A program made the position numbers and the translations under genes. Shown piece by piece: positions 8,977-21,000 of a stretch of DNA of 64,000 nucleotides. Under the pieces are notes generated by a model, which saw nothing but the letters and a program-made list of their open reading frames with translations, was not told the DNA's origin and did not search any database. Each line of letters opens with the position of its first letter. Positions within the stretch are counted from its first letter, which is position 1. The DNA comes from an uncultured virus (IMG/VR IMGVR_UViG_3300034071_000245) (taxonomy: Duplodnaviria > Heunggongvirae > Uroviricota > Caudoviricetes): IMG/VR virus record IMGVR_UViG_3300034071_000245; one strand, given 5' to 3'.

Positions 8977-11900
8977 TTATTTAACAGTATTTAGCATATC
9001 AACAATACGCTTTAGATTGTCTATCTCGGTTTGCTGCTCCTTGATTGCTTCGATCAATAGAGGAACAAGTTTTTCATATTTAACTGTTAGATAGTTTTTG
9101 CCTGTTCTAGAAATCTTATTACCATTTTCATCTGAGTCGCAATCAAAAGGTGCAATGTCAACAGCATCAGACATTACTTTTTCGACTTCCTGAGCCTTTA
9201 GTCCGTGTTCATGTTCTCTATATGGAGCAAAGCCTAAAGACTTACACTTTTCTACTCTCCAATCGAAAGTATAACCAGAAATGCGCTTGATCTTATCAAT
9301 AGCATTTGCGATAGGACTAAAGTTTTCTTTTAGTCTTTCGTCAGAAGCATAAGCGGTAATGTTTGCTCTACATGACAAATCGCCTGTTCTGGCGTTTAGC
9401 CACATAGCATTTTCCCATTGTGGAACAGTCTGACCAGAAACCGATGGACCAAAACCAATACCGAACCAAGAAGTAATCTTCAAGTTTGAAGTGGTAGAGG
9501 CGACACTATCACTAGTTGTACCAAAGATATAAGCACTTCCTTGTGCGCTGAAATTGACACCGGCTGTAGTAGAACCTGTAGTATTGCTTGAGTTTGGAAC
9601 TGTTACGCTACCTGTGAAGTTACCTGACCCAGAAACATCAAGTCTATGAGTTGCCCCAGGAAGTGTAGTGTCTGACTCACCATAACCTAGTCGAACGCTA
9701 TGAGCAACTGTCAACTTACCGTCGGTTGAAAGGGCCATAGCACCCTGAGCGGCTGTATGCGCAGCGTCGCCCCACCAAAATCCTCTAGTAGCAGAATCAT
9801 TCATTTGGAATGTCATAGCATATTCGTTTTCGATCGGTCCGAAAGTAAATCCATTGGTCATGCCAATCGTATAATTACTATCACTCCAAACTCTAATTTT
9901 ATCTCTACTGGTTGATGCTGGACCAGTAAGAACTGTATATGTTAGAGGTCCGCTGAAAGCTGTTGCTGATACTGTACCATTAAAGGTATGTGTGCCACCT
10001 GGTGCTCCTAGTGTTAATCTATAAGTATTAACACCATCAGACCAACCACCAATTCTGAATATGTTGTCTATATCAAGACCAAGGTTGATAGCGTAGGCAC
10101 CAGTTCTATGAAATGACATGACGGCGCTAACGAATTGTGTGCCTCTAACAGAAAATGAACCTGTATCATTAGAAACTGAGGTATTTGATGTATTGGCCGC
10201 CGCAGCATTGGTTCTTCCGGTAATCAATCCGGTCATTGTTCCGCCAGCTAATGGAAGAGCATCTGTAATACCATAACCAGATAATGTAGTTGGTTTGCCT
10301 GTAACACCTGACCAAGGAATGGTACAGTTTGTTAGTGTGCCAGATGATGGAGTACCAAGTGCAGGAGTTGTTAGTGTGGGGCTGGTTGATAAAACAACGC
10401 TACCTGATCCTGTGCTGGTTGTAGTACCCGTACCGCCGTTGGCAACAGCTAGAGTGCCAGAAACATGGGTCGTTAGACCAATCTTACCCCATGCAGGTGC
10501 TACGCCTACACCGCCTGAGATAAGAGCGTTACCTGTAGCAACATCGGCAAGTCTTGTCAATGCTGTAGTTGTTGAAGCATACAGAATATCACCAACGGCA
10601 TATGATGCGTTTCCTGTACCGCCATTAGCCGCAGCAAGCGTTCCCGTAACACCTGTAGTTAGTGGTAAACCGGTACAGTTTGTTAGTGTGCCAGATGCTG
10701 GTGTTCCGAGAGCAGCATTGGCAGTTAGAACTCGTTTCCAAGCACCGTAAGTTGATAGTGCTGATCCGCTACCTCTAATCCATAGATTATCGTTATCAGT
10801 GAAACCAAGTTGTCTTGTACCACCACCAGATGCGTCAGCGTATTGCTGGAATGTCATAACACCATGGTAGGTGCCGCCATCATTTAGACCGTCGGTGGTA
10901 TTTGTTTTAAAGTCAAATTGAACACGGGCCGCACCAAGGCTAGGTCCATCTACGGTGGCTCTTGTATCACGAGAAGTTATATAAAAGGCAGAGCCGGTAG
11001 TGTTCTGATTTAGAGTTGGAAAGGTACAGTTTGTTAAGTTTCCGCTTGATGGTGTTCCAAGTGCAGGAGTTGTTAGTGTGGGGCTGGTTGATAAAACAAC
11101 GCTACCTGATCCTGTGCTGGTTGTAGTACCTGTACCGCCGTTGGCAACAGCTAGAGTGCCAGAAATATGAGTTGTTAGACCAATCTTACCCCAAGCTGGA
11201 GCAACACCAACACCACCAGAGATAAGAGCGTTACCGGTAGCAACATCGGCAAGTCTCGACAATGCAGTAGTTGTTGAAGCAAAAAGAAGATCGCCAACGG
11301 CATATACTGTTTGACCGGTACCGCCATTAGCCGCAGCAAGCGTTCCCGTAACACCTGTAGTTAGTGGTAAACCGGTACAGTTTGTTAGTGTGCCAGAAGA
11401 TGGTGTGCCTAGAGCGCCACCATCTAGTAATACTCTACTCCATGCATTGCTACCCGAAGCATTGGTCGATCTATAATATAGACTATTTGAATAGAAGTCT
11501 GCCGCAAGTTGCATAGAATAATAATTTGAACCATTACTATGCGTTGAGGCAATCAAATGATACCAAGATGAAGTTGTTACTGGCCAACCGTTAGCTGTTG
11601 TGGCATATGATGTTTGCCAGAAACCAGAATTAATACGTGATGCAATACTTTGATTAGGAGCATCAGCACTTGACTGGGCGGCATTTAAAAATGTTGCAAA
11701 ACCTGTAGTATTCTGATTTAGAGTTGGGAAGGTACAGTTTGTTAGTGTGCCAGATGATGGTGTTCCAAGGGCACCACCATTGGTGACGAATGCACCAGCA
11801 GAACCAACGGCTGTTGCAAGTGCAGTAGCAACACCTGTGCCAAGACCAGAAACACCAGATGAAATCGGAATAGATGCTGTAACACCAGATGCCGAGGTAA

Positions 11901-14900
11901 TTCGACCATAAGCATCAACGGTGAATGATGGAATGGTTGCAGCGCCGCCATATGTGGTTGCTGTAACACCAGATGTGGCTAAATCTATGAATACTAATTC
12001 ATTGCTTGATGCATCAACTGTTGTATTAGCCCAAATTCTTGATGTGCTATTACTTGATACAGAAGCAACTTTGGTATTTGACCAAGCATTAGATGAAGCG
12101 CCTACTCCTGTGACACCAATTTCAGTCAATGACCAAGAAACATCGGCGCCACCGTTAAATGTCTTACCAGTTGAACCAATAGTTAGTGTTCTAGCTGTAG
12201 TTAGAGTTGCAGCAGAACCGGTGGTGCTTTGATTGAATGTTGGCCAAGTAAATGTTCCAGTTGAGAAGTTACCGCTTGCGGGTGTGCCGAGAGCACCGCC
12301 GTTTGTTACGAATGAACCCGCAGTTCCTACAGCAACAGCAAGAGCAGTTGCAACACCGGTACCTAGACCAGACACACCGGTAGAAATAGGAATAGATGCA
12401 GTAACATTAGAAGATGAAGTTATGCGACCATAAGCATCTACTGTATATGAAGGTATAGTTGCAACACCACCGTATGTGGTTGCTGTAACACCAGATGTTG
12501 CTAGATCAATAAACACCAATTCGTTGCTTGAGGCATCGGTAGTTGTATTGGCCCAAACTCTTGAAGTGCTGTTGCTTGAAACTACGGCAACTTTAGTATT
12601 AACATATGGATAAACTGTAGAAGCAAAGTTCTGAGAGTCGAGTGACTTACCAGCAATGACCGTAGATTCGACTGTATCAAATGCGGTAACAAGTGAAATC
12701 TGCCAATCTTCTCTCCATGCAGCCGCAGTTCCACCACTAAAACCTGCTTCGACTTCTGTAATGTAAACTTTTGGATAAGCCCAAGCTGTTGATGTCTCAC
12801 CAATCCAGATACAGTCCGACGTAGCGTCTTGTCCGAAACGAACATTTAGTTCTGGTCCTGACTGAGTTTCTTGTGTAACAAATGTATTATACCATCCACC
12901 AACAACACTATAGTTATAACCACCAAATTGTAATGTTGTTGATGTTCCTGTTACATAGTTGAAAATTTTTACAGTAACACGCAACATTGTGTTATTGTTA
13001 TTTGCAGCGACAGGCATTTTAATTTTAATAGCACCAGTAGCAGTCGCAGCGTTGTTCGAGAATGCACCACCGCCAGGGTTAGTTATTCTAACAGTACCAG
13101 CTACACCGTCATCATACACACCACGAGTAGTCGAAACATATCCAAGAACACCAATGTTACCTGCTAGAACGACATTATTGTTTGATAGTTTGGTATTTGA
13201 CCAAGCATTAGCAGATGCACCAACAGTAATGGTGTAGTTGTTGCCAGCAGCACCAACGGCTACTGTGTATGAATTTCCTGATGTTCCAACTGTATTGGAC
13301 CATGTATTGGATCTTGCTCCGATTGTATTTGCCCAAGCGTTGGCAGATGTTCCGACAGTATTCGACCAAGCATTAGCAGATGCACCAACGGATAATGTAT
13401 AGGAGTTGCCTGATGTACCAACTGAATTGGACCAAGCATTGGATGCCGCTCCAACTGATACTGTATAATTATTACCTGATGTACCAACTGTGTTTGCCCA
13501 TCCATTGGCACCGACAGCATTGTTCCGAATAGTTATGATAGCATTAGCACCACCAAGGATCAGGTTGCTTGTTCTGATATCAGAGTTCAGAACGGCATTG
13601 ACCATATTGTTTGCATACGGAACAATATCGTTTACTAATGATGGTTCTCCAGACAATCCACTGAATAGGAAATATTCTTTGGAAGCATGGTCTCTATACA
13701 ATCCAGTATGAACATTAGATGTTCCGTTGCTATAGTGTCCAACAAAACCAATATCAACAATATCAGAAATGTTATTTGTTGCTAGAAAAATTAGAGAATC
13801 TTCAACAGAAAGACTATCTGTTGTGATAGTTGTTGCATTACCAGATATTATTAGATTGCCTGTAACTTGTAAGTCACCGGTAATTGTGCCACCAGATTTC
13901 TTAAAGTAGGTTGAATCTGAATATATGTTTACTGAATTGGCCCAAGCATTGCTTGATGCACCAACAGTAATGGTGTAGTTGTTACCAGCAGTACCGACAG
14001 AAATGGTATAGTTATTACCTGAGGTGCCGACTGTATTAGCCCAAGTATTTGATCTTGCGCCAATTGTGTTGGCCCATGCATTTGCGGCTGCACCAACTGC
14101 TACTGTATATGAGTTACCGGCTGCACCAACTGCTACTGTATATGAGTTACCGGCTGTACCAACAGTATTTGACCAAGCGTTTGTTACTGCTCCTACGGAT
14201 ACAGTATAAGCATTACCGGCTGTACCAACTGCTACTGTATATGAGTTACCTGAGGTACCAACAATGTTAGCCCAAGCATTTGAACTTGCACTGATTGTAT
14301 TGGCCCAAGCATTAGCTGCCGCACCAGTTGCAATAGTATAGTTGTTGCCGGCTGCATTAACAGCAAGCATGTATGTATTACCTGACGAACCTACCGTATT
14401 AGCCCAAGCATTACTTGAAGCTCCGACTGCTACTGTATAAGCATTACCTGATGCATTAACGGCAAGCATATATGTATTACCGGATGAACCTACTGTTGTG
14501 GCGACTGATAATGCATAAGCATTTGCGGCTGCTCCAACTGCTACAGTGTATGAGTTACCTGAGGCTCCAACTGCTACTGTGTAAGCATTACCGGCTGCAC
14601 CAACTGCAACAGTATAAGCATTACCTGCGGCATTAACGGCAAGCATGTAAGTATTACCTGACGAACCTACTGTATTAGCCCAAGCATTTGAACTTGCACT
14701 GATTGTATTGGCCCATGCATTTGATGATGCACCAACGGCTGTTGAATAAGCATTACCGGCTGTACCAACTGCTACAGTATAAGCATTACCGGCTGATCCG
14801 ATTACAACTGAGTAAGCATTACCAGCAGCACCAACAGAAATGGTATAGTTATTACCGGCGGCCCCGACTGTATTAGCCCATGTGTTTCCTGCTGTTCCAA

Positions 14901-15813
14901 CTGCTACAGTATAAGAGTTACCTGATGATCCAACCGATGTAGCTGTTGATAAAGCATAAGCGTTACCGGCTTGTCCGACTTGTGTAGCTGTTGATAAAGC
15001 ATAAGCGTTACCGGCTTGTCCGACTTGTGTAGCTACTGATAATGCATAAGCATTGGCAGATGATCCAACTGTATTGGACCATGTATATGATCTTGCGCCG
15101 ATTGTGTTAGCCCAGTTATTACCTGCAACACCAACAGCAACAGTATATGCATTACCAGCAGCACCAACGGCATCGGTGTAATTATTACCTGCAACACCAA
15201 CAGCAATCGTATAGTTATTACCGGCTGCGGCAACTGTAATGACATAAGCATTAGCACCAGCACCCGTATCTGTAATTCTATTATTTGCTAATTCAAAAAG
15301 ATATCCGGAGTAAGCATTAGCGCCTATTCCTGTATCATACGCCAGAACATTTGCAGCATTCGCTTTATCGAATGCAGCATTGGCATTATCATAGGCGGCC
15401 GCCACATAGAGAACATCATTTGAAAGATTAGCACGATCAAATGCTGCTTGTGTTAAAGTAAGAGTGGTGTTAGTGCTATCAAATGCTGCCGAAGCAAGAT
15501 CAATAGCAGGTGTCAGATTTGCAGAGATTGTAATTGCATCTGTGAGTGCCGAACTAGTAATCTCAATATTCTGTCCTTGATTAAAGGTAAGAATATCATT
15601 TGGGATATCTGCAATTACCAGTGTGCCGGCTGCATTGATGGTTCCGAAGTTGAAACCACCTTCACCACCAGAGATAGACTGAATGTTGCCGTTAATGTCC
15701 TTATAGTAAATAAGACCATCGGCATAGTTAATAGCAATTTCACCATTAGCTAGATCAGCCGGTGAAGATCCTGGAATAGATGATTTCTTTAGAGCAATTA
15801 CTGTGTTGGTCAT
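8977..15813 (-). CDS. Giant modular tail fibre (2278 aa) with S74 chaperone
   Basis: N-terminal IALKKSS..G..P..LANGEIAINYADG; 11-aa repeats; duplicated modules; C-terminal ASDERLKEN...GLKAQEVEKV...YEKLVPLLIEAIKE. Confidence 0.88.
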   Translation of the reverse strand: MTNTVIALKKSSIPGSSPADLANGEIAINYADGLIYYKDINGNIQSISGGEGGFNFGTINAAGTLVIADIPNDILTFNQGQNIEITSSALTDAITISANLTPAIDLASAAFDSTNTTLTLTQAAFDRANLSNDVLYVAAAYDNANAAFDKANAANVLAYDTGIGANAYSGYLFELANNRITDTGAGANAYVITVAAAGNNYTIAVGVAGNNYTDAVGAAGNAYTVAVGVAGNNWANTIGARSYTWSNTVGSSANAYALSVATQVGQAGNAYALSTATQVGQAGNAYALSTATSVGSSGNSYTVAVGTAGNTWANTVGAAGNNYTISVGAAGNAYSVVIGSAGNAYTVAVGTAGNAYSTAVGASSNAWANTISASSNAWANTVGSSGNTYMLAVNAAGNAYTVAVGAAGNAYTVAVGASGNSYTVAVGAAANAYALSVATTVGSSGNTYMLAVNASGNAYTVAVGASSNAWANTVGSSGNTYMLAVNAAGNNYTIATGAAANAWANTISASSNAWANIVGTSGNSYTVAVGTAGNAYTVSVGAVTNAWSNTVGTAGNSYTVAVGAAGNSYTVAVGAAANAWANTIGARSNTWANTVGTSGNNYTISVGTAGNNYTITVGASSNAWANSVNIYSDSTYFKKSGGTITGDLQVTGNLIISGNATTITTDSLSVEDSLIFLATNNISDIVDIGFVGHYSNGTSNVHTGLYRDHASKEYFLFSGLSGEPSLVNDIVPYANNMVNAVLNSDIRTSNLILGGANAIITIRNNAVGANGWANTVGTSGNNYTVSVGAASNAWSNSVGTSGNSYTLSVGASANAWSNTVGTSANAWANTIGARSNTWSNTVGTSGNSYTVAVGAAGNNYTITVGASANAWSNTKLSNNNVVLAGNIGVLGYVSTTRGVYDDGVAGTVRITNPGGGAFSNNAATATGAIKIKMPVAANNNNTMLRVTVKIFNYVTGTSTTLQFGGYNYSVVGGWYNTFVTQETQSGPELNVRFGQDATSDCIWIGETSTAWAYPKVYITEVEAGFSGGTAAAWREDWQISLVTAFDTVESTVIAGKSLDSQNFASTVYPYVNTKVAVVSSNSTSRVWANTTTDASSNELVFIDLATSGVTATTYGGVATIPSYTVDAYGRITSSSNVTASIPISTGVSGLGTGVATALAVAVGTAGSFVTNGGALGTPASGNFSTGTFTWPTFNQSTTGSAATLTTARTLTIGSTGKTFNGGADVSWSLTEIGVTGVGASSNAWSNTKVASVSSNSTSRIWANTTVDASSNELVFIDLATSGVTATTYGGAATIPSFTVDAYGRITSASGVTASIPISSGVSGLGTGVATALATAVGSAGAFVTNGGALGTPSSGTLTNCTFPTLNQNTTGFATFLNAAQSSADAPNQSIASRINSGFWQTSYATTANGWPVTTSSWYHLIASTHSNGSNYYSMQLAADFYSNSLYYRSTNASGSNAWSRVLLDGGALGTPSSGTLTNCTGLPLTTGVTGTLAAANGGTGQTVYAVGDLLFASTTTALSRLADVATGNALISGGVGVAPAWGKIGLTTHISGTLAVANGGTGTTTSTGSGSVVLSTSPTLTTPALGTPSSGNLTNCTFPTLNQNTTGSAFYITSRDTRATVDGPSLGAARVQFDFKTNTTDGLNDGGTYHGVMTFQQYADASGGGTRQLGFTDNDNLWIRGSGSALSTYGAWKRVLTANAALGTPASGTLTNCTGLPLTTGVTGTLAAANGGTGNASYAVGDILYASTTTALTRLADVATGNALISGGVGVAPAWGKIGLTTHVSGTLAVANGGTGTTTSTGSGSVVLSTSPTLTTPALGTPSSGTLTNCTIPWSGVTGKPTTLSGYGITDALPLAGGTMTGLITGRTNAAAANTSNTSVSNDTGSFSVRGTQFVSAVMSFHRTGAYAINLGLDIDNIFRIGGWSDGVNTYRLTLGAPGGTHTFNGTVSATAFSGPLTYTVLTGPASTSRDKIRVWSDSNYTIGMTNGFTFGPIENEYAMTFQMNDSATRGFWWGDAAHTAAQGAMALSTDGKLTVAHSVRLGYGESDTTLPGATHRLDVSGSGNFTGSVTVPNSSNTTGSTTAGVNFSAQGSAYIFGTTSDSVASTTSNLKITSWFGIGFGPSVSGQTVPQWENAMWLNARTGDLSCRANITAYASDERLKENFSPIANAIDKIKRISGYTFDWRVEKCKSLGFAPYREHEHGLKAQEVEKVMSDAVDIAPFDCDSDENGNKISRTGKNYLTVKYEKLVPLLIEAIKEQQTEIDNLKRIVDMLNTVK
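10321..11412. repeat. Internal direct repeat of about 390 bp (copies at about 10321-10710 and 11023-11412)
   Basis: Near-identical run ccaagtgcaggagttgttagtgtggggctggttgataaaacaacgctacctgatcctgtgctggttgtagtacc in both copies, offset about 702 bp. Confidence 0.9.
13190..15250. repeat. Degenerate 33-bp (11-aa) tandem repeats, AYTVAVGAAGN / AWANTVGSSGN, interrupted by a non-repeat domain
   Basis: Visible in both DNA and protein. Confidence 0.9.
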
Positions 15814-16352
15814 TAAAAGTCGTCTGTCTTATCTTCCTGTTCCACAAAGGGCATTTCTATAATCTTTGTATTTATGTTCTTTTTAGACGGCTGTTTTTTG
15901 GGCTGAGGTGTTAACTTAATGAGTTGCTTATCTTTTGCTTGTAACTCATTCTTAACACTCGTTAGTTCATTGTTGGCTGTTTCTAGTTGTTGTTTCATAG
16001 ATTCTACTAGAGAATTGAGTCTATCAATATCTCTATTCTTATCAACAAACTGATTTCTTAGATCATTATATTGATTAGTCAAGGTGTCCATATGACTCAC
16101 CTTGTTTTTCATGGCATTGTATTCTTGTTCCCATTTTGTTGCATTTTCAGTTGCTTTTGAAAACTCTTGCTGATTTTTACTAGCATTTGTAAGTTCTTCT
16201 TTCAAAGTGGAAATGACCCCATCTTTTTCGGCGATGAGGTCACTAGCCAACTTTGCTTGCGTTTTCAACTGTAGAATAGTATTGATTTGATCATGTAATG
16301 TTGAAACTGTAATATCAACATAAGTATTCATAAACTTGTTAGCATCACTCAT
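15813..16352 (-). CDS. Coiled-coil hypothetical protein
   Basis: Heptad-rich helical 179-aa ORF in the fibre cluster. Confidence 0.6.
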   Translation of the reverse strand: MSDANKFMNTYVDITVSTLHDQINTILQLKTQAKLASDLIAEKDGVISTLKEELTNASKNQQEFSKATENATKWEQEYNAMKNKVSHMDTLTNQYNDLRNQFVDKNRDIDRLNSLVESMKQQLETANNELTSVKNELQAKDKQLIKLTPQPKKQPSKKNINTKIIEMPFVEQEDKTDDF

Positions 16353-16371
16353 AATAAAGTCTCCGTGTTAG

Positions 16372-17451
16372 TTAGAATGTTCCCCCATCTAGCATACCAA
16401 ACGCTGGAACACCAAATGCATCGGCCTGTAGAACTTGTCCTTCAGTACCGGCAGAAGTAACCTGTAGAGAACCTGCATTGTTTCCGAATAGGATACCATT
16501 AGTTGTAAATAGATTCTTTCCGGTACCACCGTATGGAACAGTGATTGTGTCTGCATTCCATGTACCAGAAGTTAGAGTACCAACACCGGTGATTCCTGAG
16601 TATGTTCCCGAAACTCTTGCAGATGCAATGATACCAGATACTAGATTTGCTGCATCAGAGAATGTCTGGAAGATTTTTGTGTTGACTGCATTGGTGTAAG
16701 CATTACCGGCTGTACCGACTGCTACAGTATAAGCATTACCAGCAGCACCAACGGCATCAGTGTAATTATTACCTGCAACACCAACGGCCTGTGCATAAGC
16801 ATTGGCACTGGCTGCTACGCTGTTAACAAATGTGTTAGAAGCAATTTGGTGATATGTCGAACCATCATTAGTGAATGTCCAAACTGTCTGAGACTCGTCC
16901 CAAAGAATTGCGACATCGTTCTGATTACCACGATTAACTTCCATACCAGCATTTTCAGATGGTGAAGCACCTGCTGGAAGATCGGCATTTAGAACGAAGA
17001 TGTTATCGCCAACATTCAATGTCTGAGTATTGGCATAAGTTGTAACACCTGAAATTGTTAGGTTACCAGAAACGACAACATCACCTGAAATGGTGCCGCC
17101 TGTCTTGGCATAGAATGTATCAGTTGCATATGTGTTAGCAGATGCACCAACAAATTCGGCGTAAGCATTACCTGAGGTACCAACTGTGTTAGCCCATGCA
17201 TTACCAGAGGCTGCAACTGTGCCTAGCCATGCATTGGCAGCACTAGCCACCGAGTTTGCATGTTCAAAGGCAGCTATTGTGTGGTTTACCCAATAGGTAC
17301 CACCGATTTCATTAACGCTTAGACCATTTGCTGTGCCGATAAAGAGTCTATCGGAAGCGTAGGAATACGCTAGTTCTGCGGCAGAGAGCGAACCACCTGG
17401 TGGGGTGGTCGTCCCTGTTGATCGTTTAATCTGAATTACTGTATTGCTCAT
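16372..17451 (-). CDS. Short tail fibre / fibre adaptor
   Basis: IQIKRS....P...L...ELAYS N-terminus; shares the 11-aa repeats and VGDNIFVLNAD...GMEVNRG module with the large fibres; ends DGGTF. Confidence 0.75.
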   Translation of the reverse strand: MSNTVIQIKRSTGTTTPPGGSLSAAELAYSYASDRLFIGTANGLSVNEIGGTYWVNHTIAAFEHANSVASAANAWLGTVAASGNAWANTVGTSGNAYAEFVGASANTYATDTFYAKTGGTISGDVVVSGNLTISGVTTYANTQTLNVGDNIFVLNADLPAGASPSENAGMEVNRGNQNDVAILWDESQTVWTFTNDGSTYHQIASNTFVNSVAASANAYAQAVGVAGNNYTDAVGAAGNAYTVAVGTAGNAYTNAVNTKIFQTFSDAANLVSGIIASARVSGTYSGITGVGTLTSGTWNADTITVPYGGTGKNLFTTNGILFGNNAGSLQVTSAGTEGQVLQADAFGVPAFGMLDGGTF

Positions 17452-17684
17452 TAGAAGGTTCCTCCGTTTACGATGGGCAATTCTCTAACTACAAATTTGT
17501 CACTCGCCTCATCATAAACAATAGTTTCGTTGTTATTCAAGCTGGTAGCATCAACATCATTCAATTGTCTCAAATTTTCTTTAAGGTTTTGTTTACCTGA
17601 CAATCCTACAGATTTAATATTTGACTGTTGCTGTATGTTGATAGAAATTCTATTCTTGGGTTGTGTTCTAACAATGATTGACAT
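17451..17684 (-). CDS. Small structural protein
   Basis: LRQLNDVD motif and NGGTF C-terminus resembling the neighbouring fibre. Confidence 0.6.
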   Translation of the reverse strand: MSIIVRTQPKNRISINIQQQSNIKSVGLSGKQNLKENLRQLNDVDATSLNNNETIVYDEASDKFVVRELPIVNGGTF

Positions 17685-17691
17685 TTTAGTC

Positions 17692-18036
17692 CTATCGAGT
17701 TATGCCATGTGTTACGAAAATCACACCCTCTATTAGTCTCGTTGTTTCGTTTTGCGCTCTAGGGTTAACAACTTTAACATCAAAGAAATAGTTACCGGGT
17801 CTTAGATTAGCGGTATTCGCTGCCGTCATTGACAGTGATAGTTCGCCATTTGATCCATCTAATACTGAGCAAGTTAGATTGGCAGAGGCGTTTACGGACA
17901 GTAAAGAGCGTCTTAACTGACTTGTTATAACATACCCAGAAGTGTTCTGTGGCATATTCGTATTGTCATCATTTAATTCAATTACTACATTGAAATCCGC
18001 ACCTCTGTCTATGTAAAGTTCTGCGTATTCTGCCAT
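17692..18036 (-). CDS. Fibre/baseplate attachment domain protein (BppU N-terminal-like)
   Basis: LYIDRGADF...GY...SQLRRS...LSMTAANTANL.PG.YFFDV...RLIEG...V..GITR pattern. Confidence 0.65.
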   Translation of the reverse strand: MAEYAELYIDRGADFNVVIELNDDNTNMPQNTSGYVITSQLRRSLLSVNASANLTCSVLDGSNGELSLSMTAANTANLRPGNYFFDVKVVNPRAQNETTRLIEGVIFVTHGITR

Positions 18037-18057
18037 TTACTTTCCTATTTATTCCTC

Positions 18058-21000
18058 TTATTTAGCTTTTAGCTCATCTAGCTCGGTCTTTAGTTCTTTG
18101 ATTGCTTCAATTAGAAGCGGAACAATACGATCATACTTGACTGCTTTGATTCCGTCTTCTCTAGTTGCAACAACTTCTGGAAGAACTGCTTCAATCTCTT
18201 GAGCGATAACACCAATATCATGCTTGCGAACAAAGTAATCATCTTCACCACCTTGGGCTTCAATGAAGGCGTCTGTCCAATCAAACTCAACACCATTGAT
18301 CTTTTCGATCTTGGCAAGAGCATTATCGATAGTCTTAACATTCTCCTTCAATGAAGCATCGGATGAATAGAATGCTGTAATATCGTTTGTTGCTCTAATC
18401 TGACCAGCAGTTCCAGAACCAGCGGTACCAACACCGATTGAGTTAAACTGTGAATTTTGAGTTGTGCTAGTAAATGTAACAGCCGATCCGTCAATACTAG
18501 TAATACCAGTTAGTGACTGTGCAGCCGAGGCTCTATTAAGAGCAATGGCGGTAGTACCAACATAAGTGGTTGCTCCTACAGCGGCAGCACCAATTTCGGC
18601 TAGTGACCATGAAACAGCAGCAGAACCATCCACGCTCTTTCCGGTTGAACCGATAGTGATTGTTCTGGCAGTTCCCCATGTAGCGGTAGTAATAGCAGCA
18701 GAACCGTTAAAGGCTGTACCGTTAATATTTCTTGCTGTTGTTAATGTAGCAGCCGATCCATCAATTGAAGTGATACCGGTTAGCGATTGTGCGGCTGATG
18801 CTCTATTGAGTGTGATGGCAGTAGTACCAACATAAGTAGTTGCTCCTACAGCGGCAGCACCAATTTCGGCCAATGACCAAGATACTGCGGCAGAACCATC
18901 AACAGACTTACCGGTCGATCCAATTGTAATGGTTCTTGCAGTACCCCATGTGGCAGTAGTAATTGCTGCCGATCCATTGAATGCAGTACCGTTAATGTTT
19001 CTAGCGGTTGTTAGTGTAGCGGCTGAACCATCAATAGATGTAATACCAGTTAGTGACTGCGCTGCCGATGCTCTATTTAATACTATTGAAGTAGTACCAA
19101 CATTGACAGTAGAATCGTTAGCGGCCACACCCATTTCGCTATGTGTCCAAGTATAGTTGCCTGAACCATCAACAGATTTTGCAGTATCGCCGAGGGTGAT
19201 TGTTCTAGAAGTACCCCAAGTGGTAGTGGTGATATTACCCGTACCATTGAACGCTGTACCATTGATGTTTCTAGCGGTTGTCAATGATGCAGCGGAACCA
19301 TCAATAGAGGTGATGCCGGTCAATGACTGTGCTGCGGATGCTCTATTAAGTGTAATAGCGGTAGTACCAACATAAGTGGTTGCACCAACGGCTGCTGCAC
19401 CAATTTCTGCTACTGTCCATGATACAGCGGCCGATCCATCGACAGACTTACCGGTCGATCCAATGGTGATTGTTCTAGCAGTACCCCATGTTGCGGTAGT
19501 AATAGCAGCAGTACCATCAAAATTAGTACCATTGATGGCTCTTGCTGTAGTTAGTTTAGCAGCCGAACCATCAATGGAGGTGATACCAGTTAGTGACTGC
19601 GCTGCTGAGGCTCTATTCAATACGATTGATGTAGTACCAACATTGACAGTGGCATCATTTGCAGCAACACCCATTTCAGATAGTGTCCAAGTATAGTTTC
19701 CTGAACCATTAACTGATTTGCCAGTATCACCAATTGTAATAGTTCTAGCAGTACCCCAATTGGCAGTGGTGATATCAGCAGAACCATTAAATGCAGTTCC
19801 GTTAATATTTCTTGCTGTTGTTAGTGTGCCTGCTGAACCAGTTGTGTTCTGATTTAGTGTCGGGAAGGTACAGTTTATTAATGTACCAGAAGATGGTGTG
19901 CCTAGCGCACCACCATTTGTAACAAACGCACCGGCTGAGCCAACTGCGGTAGCTAGTGCAGTAGCAACACCGGTACCAAGTCCAGATACACCGGTAGAGA
20001 TTGGAATAGATGCTGTAATATTAGATGCTGATGTAATTCTTCCATAAGCATCTACAGTGTATGATGGTATGGTTGAAGCTCCGCCGTATGTACCGGCAGC
20101 AACACCAGATGTTGCAAGATCAACGAATACAAGTTCATTACTTGAGGCATCAACAACATTATTGGCCCAAATTCTAGTAGTGTTATTGCTTGTAACAGCA
20201 GCAATCTTAGTATTGGCCCAGTTATTAGCAGCCGCAGCGACACCAATAACACCAATTTCAGATAGTGTCCAAGAAACATCGGCAGTGCCATTGAATGTCT
20301 TGCCAGTTGAACCAACAGTTAGGGTTCTGGCAGTTGTCAATGATCCAGCGGAACCAGTTGTGTTCTGGTTTAGAGTTGGGAAGGTACAGTTTCCTAGGTT
20401 ACCACTTGATGGTGTACCGAGAGCACCACCATTGGTGACGAATGCTCCGGCAGTACCTACAGAGGTAGCTAGTGCAGTTGATACACCAGTTCCTAGTCCA
20501 GATACACCAGATGAGATTGGAACAATCGATGTAACATTAGCTGATGATGTAATACGACCGTAAGCATCGACTGTAAATACTGGAGTAACAGTAGCACTAC
20601 CATATGTGGTTGCTGTAACACCTGACTGAGCAAGGTCAATGAATACAAGTTCATTGCTTGATGCATCGGTGGTATTGTTAGCCCAAATTCTTGAGGTGCT
20701 ATTACTTGTAACGGCACCAATCTTGGTATTAGCCCAGTTATTAGCACTGTTAGCCATTCTACCGGCTAGTGTATTGGCACTAACTGCGGTAAGCTGAATG
20801 CTTCCAGCGGCCCAAGCATTAGCACTCTCAACATGGGTATTGGTTGCAATACCATAGTTGCCTGTACCGTCATTAAGTGTCCATCTGTTTAAGGTTTCGT
20901 TCCATAGAACAGAGACAGCATTTGAAGTTAGACCACGATTAACTTCGATACCAGCATCTTCTGTAGGAATAACAGAACCGAACCAGTCAGCGTTTAGAAC

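Noticed and set aside
10321..11412. Repeat pair as a DGR template/variable region
   Set aside because: Both copies are in-frame in one gene, differences are not adenine-specific, and no reverse transcriptase is present in the window
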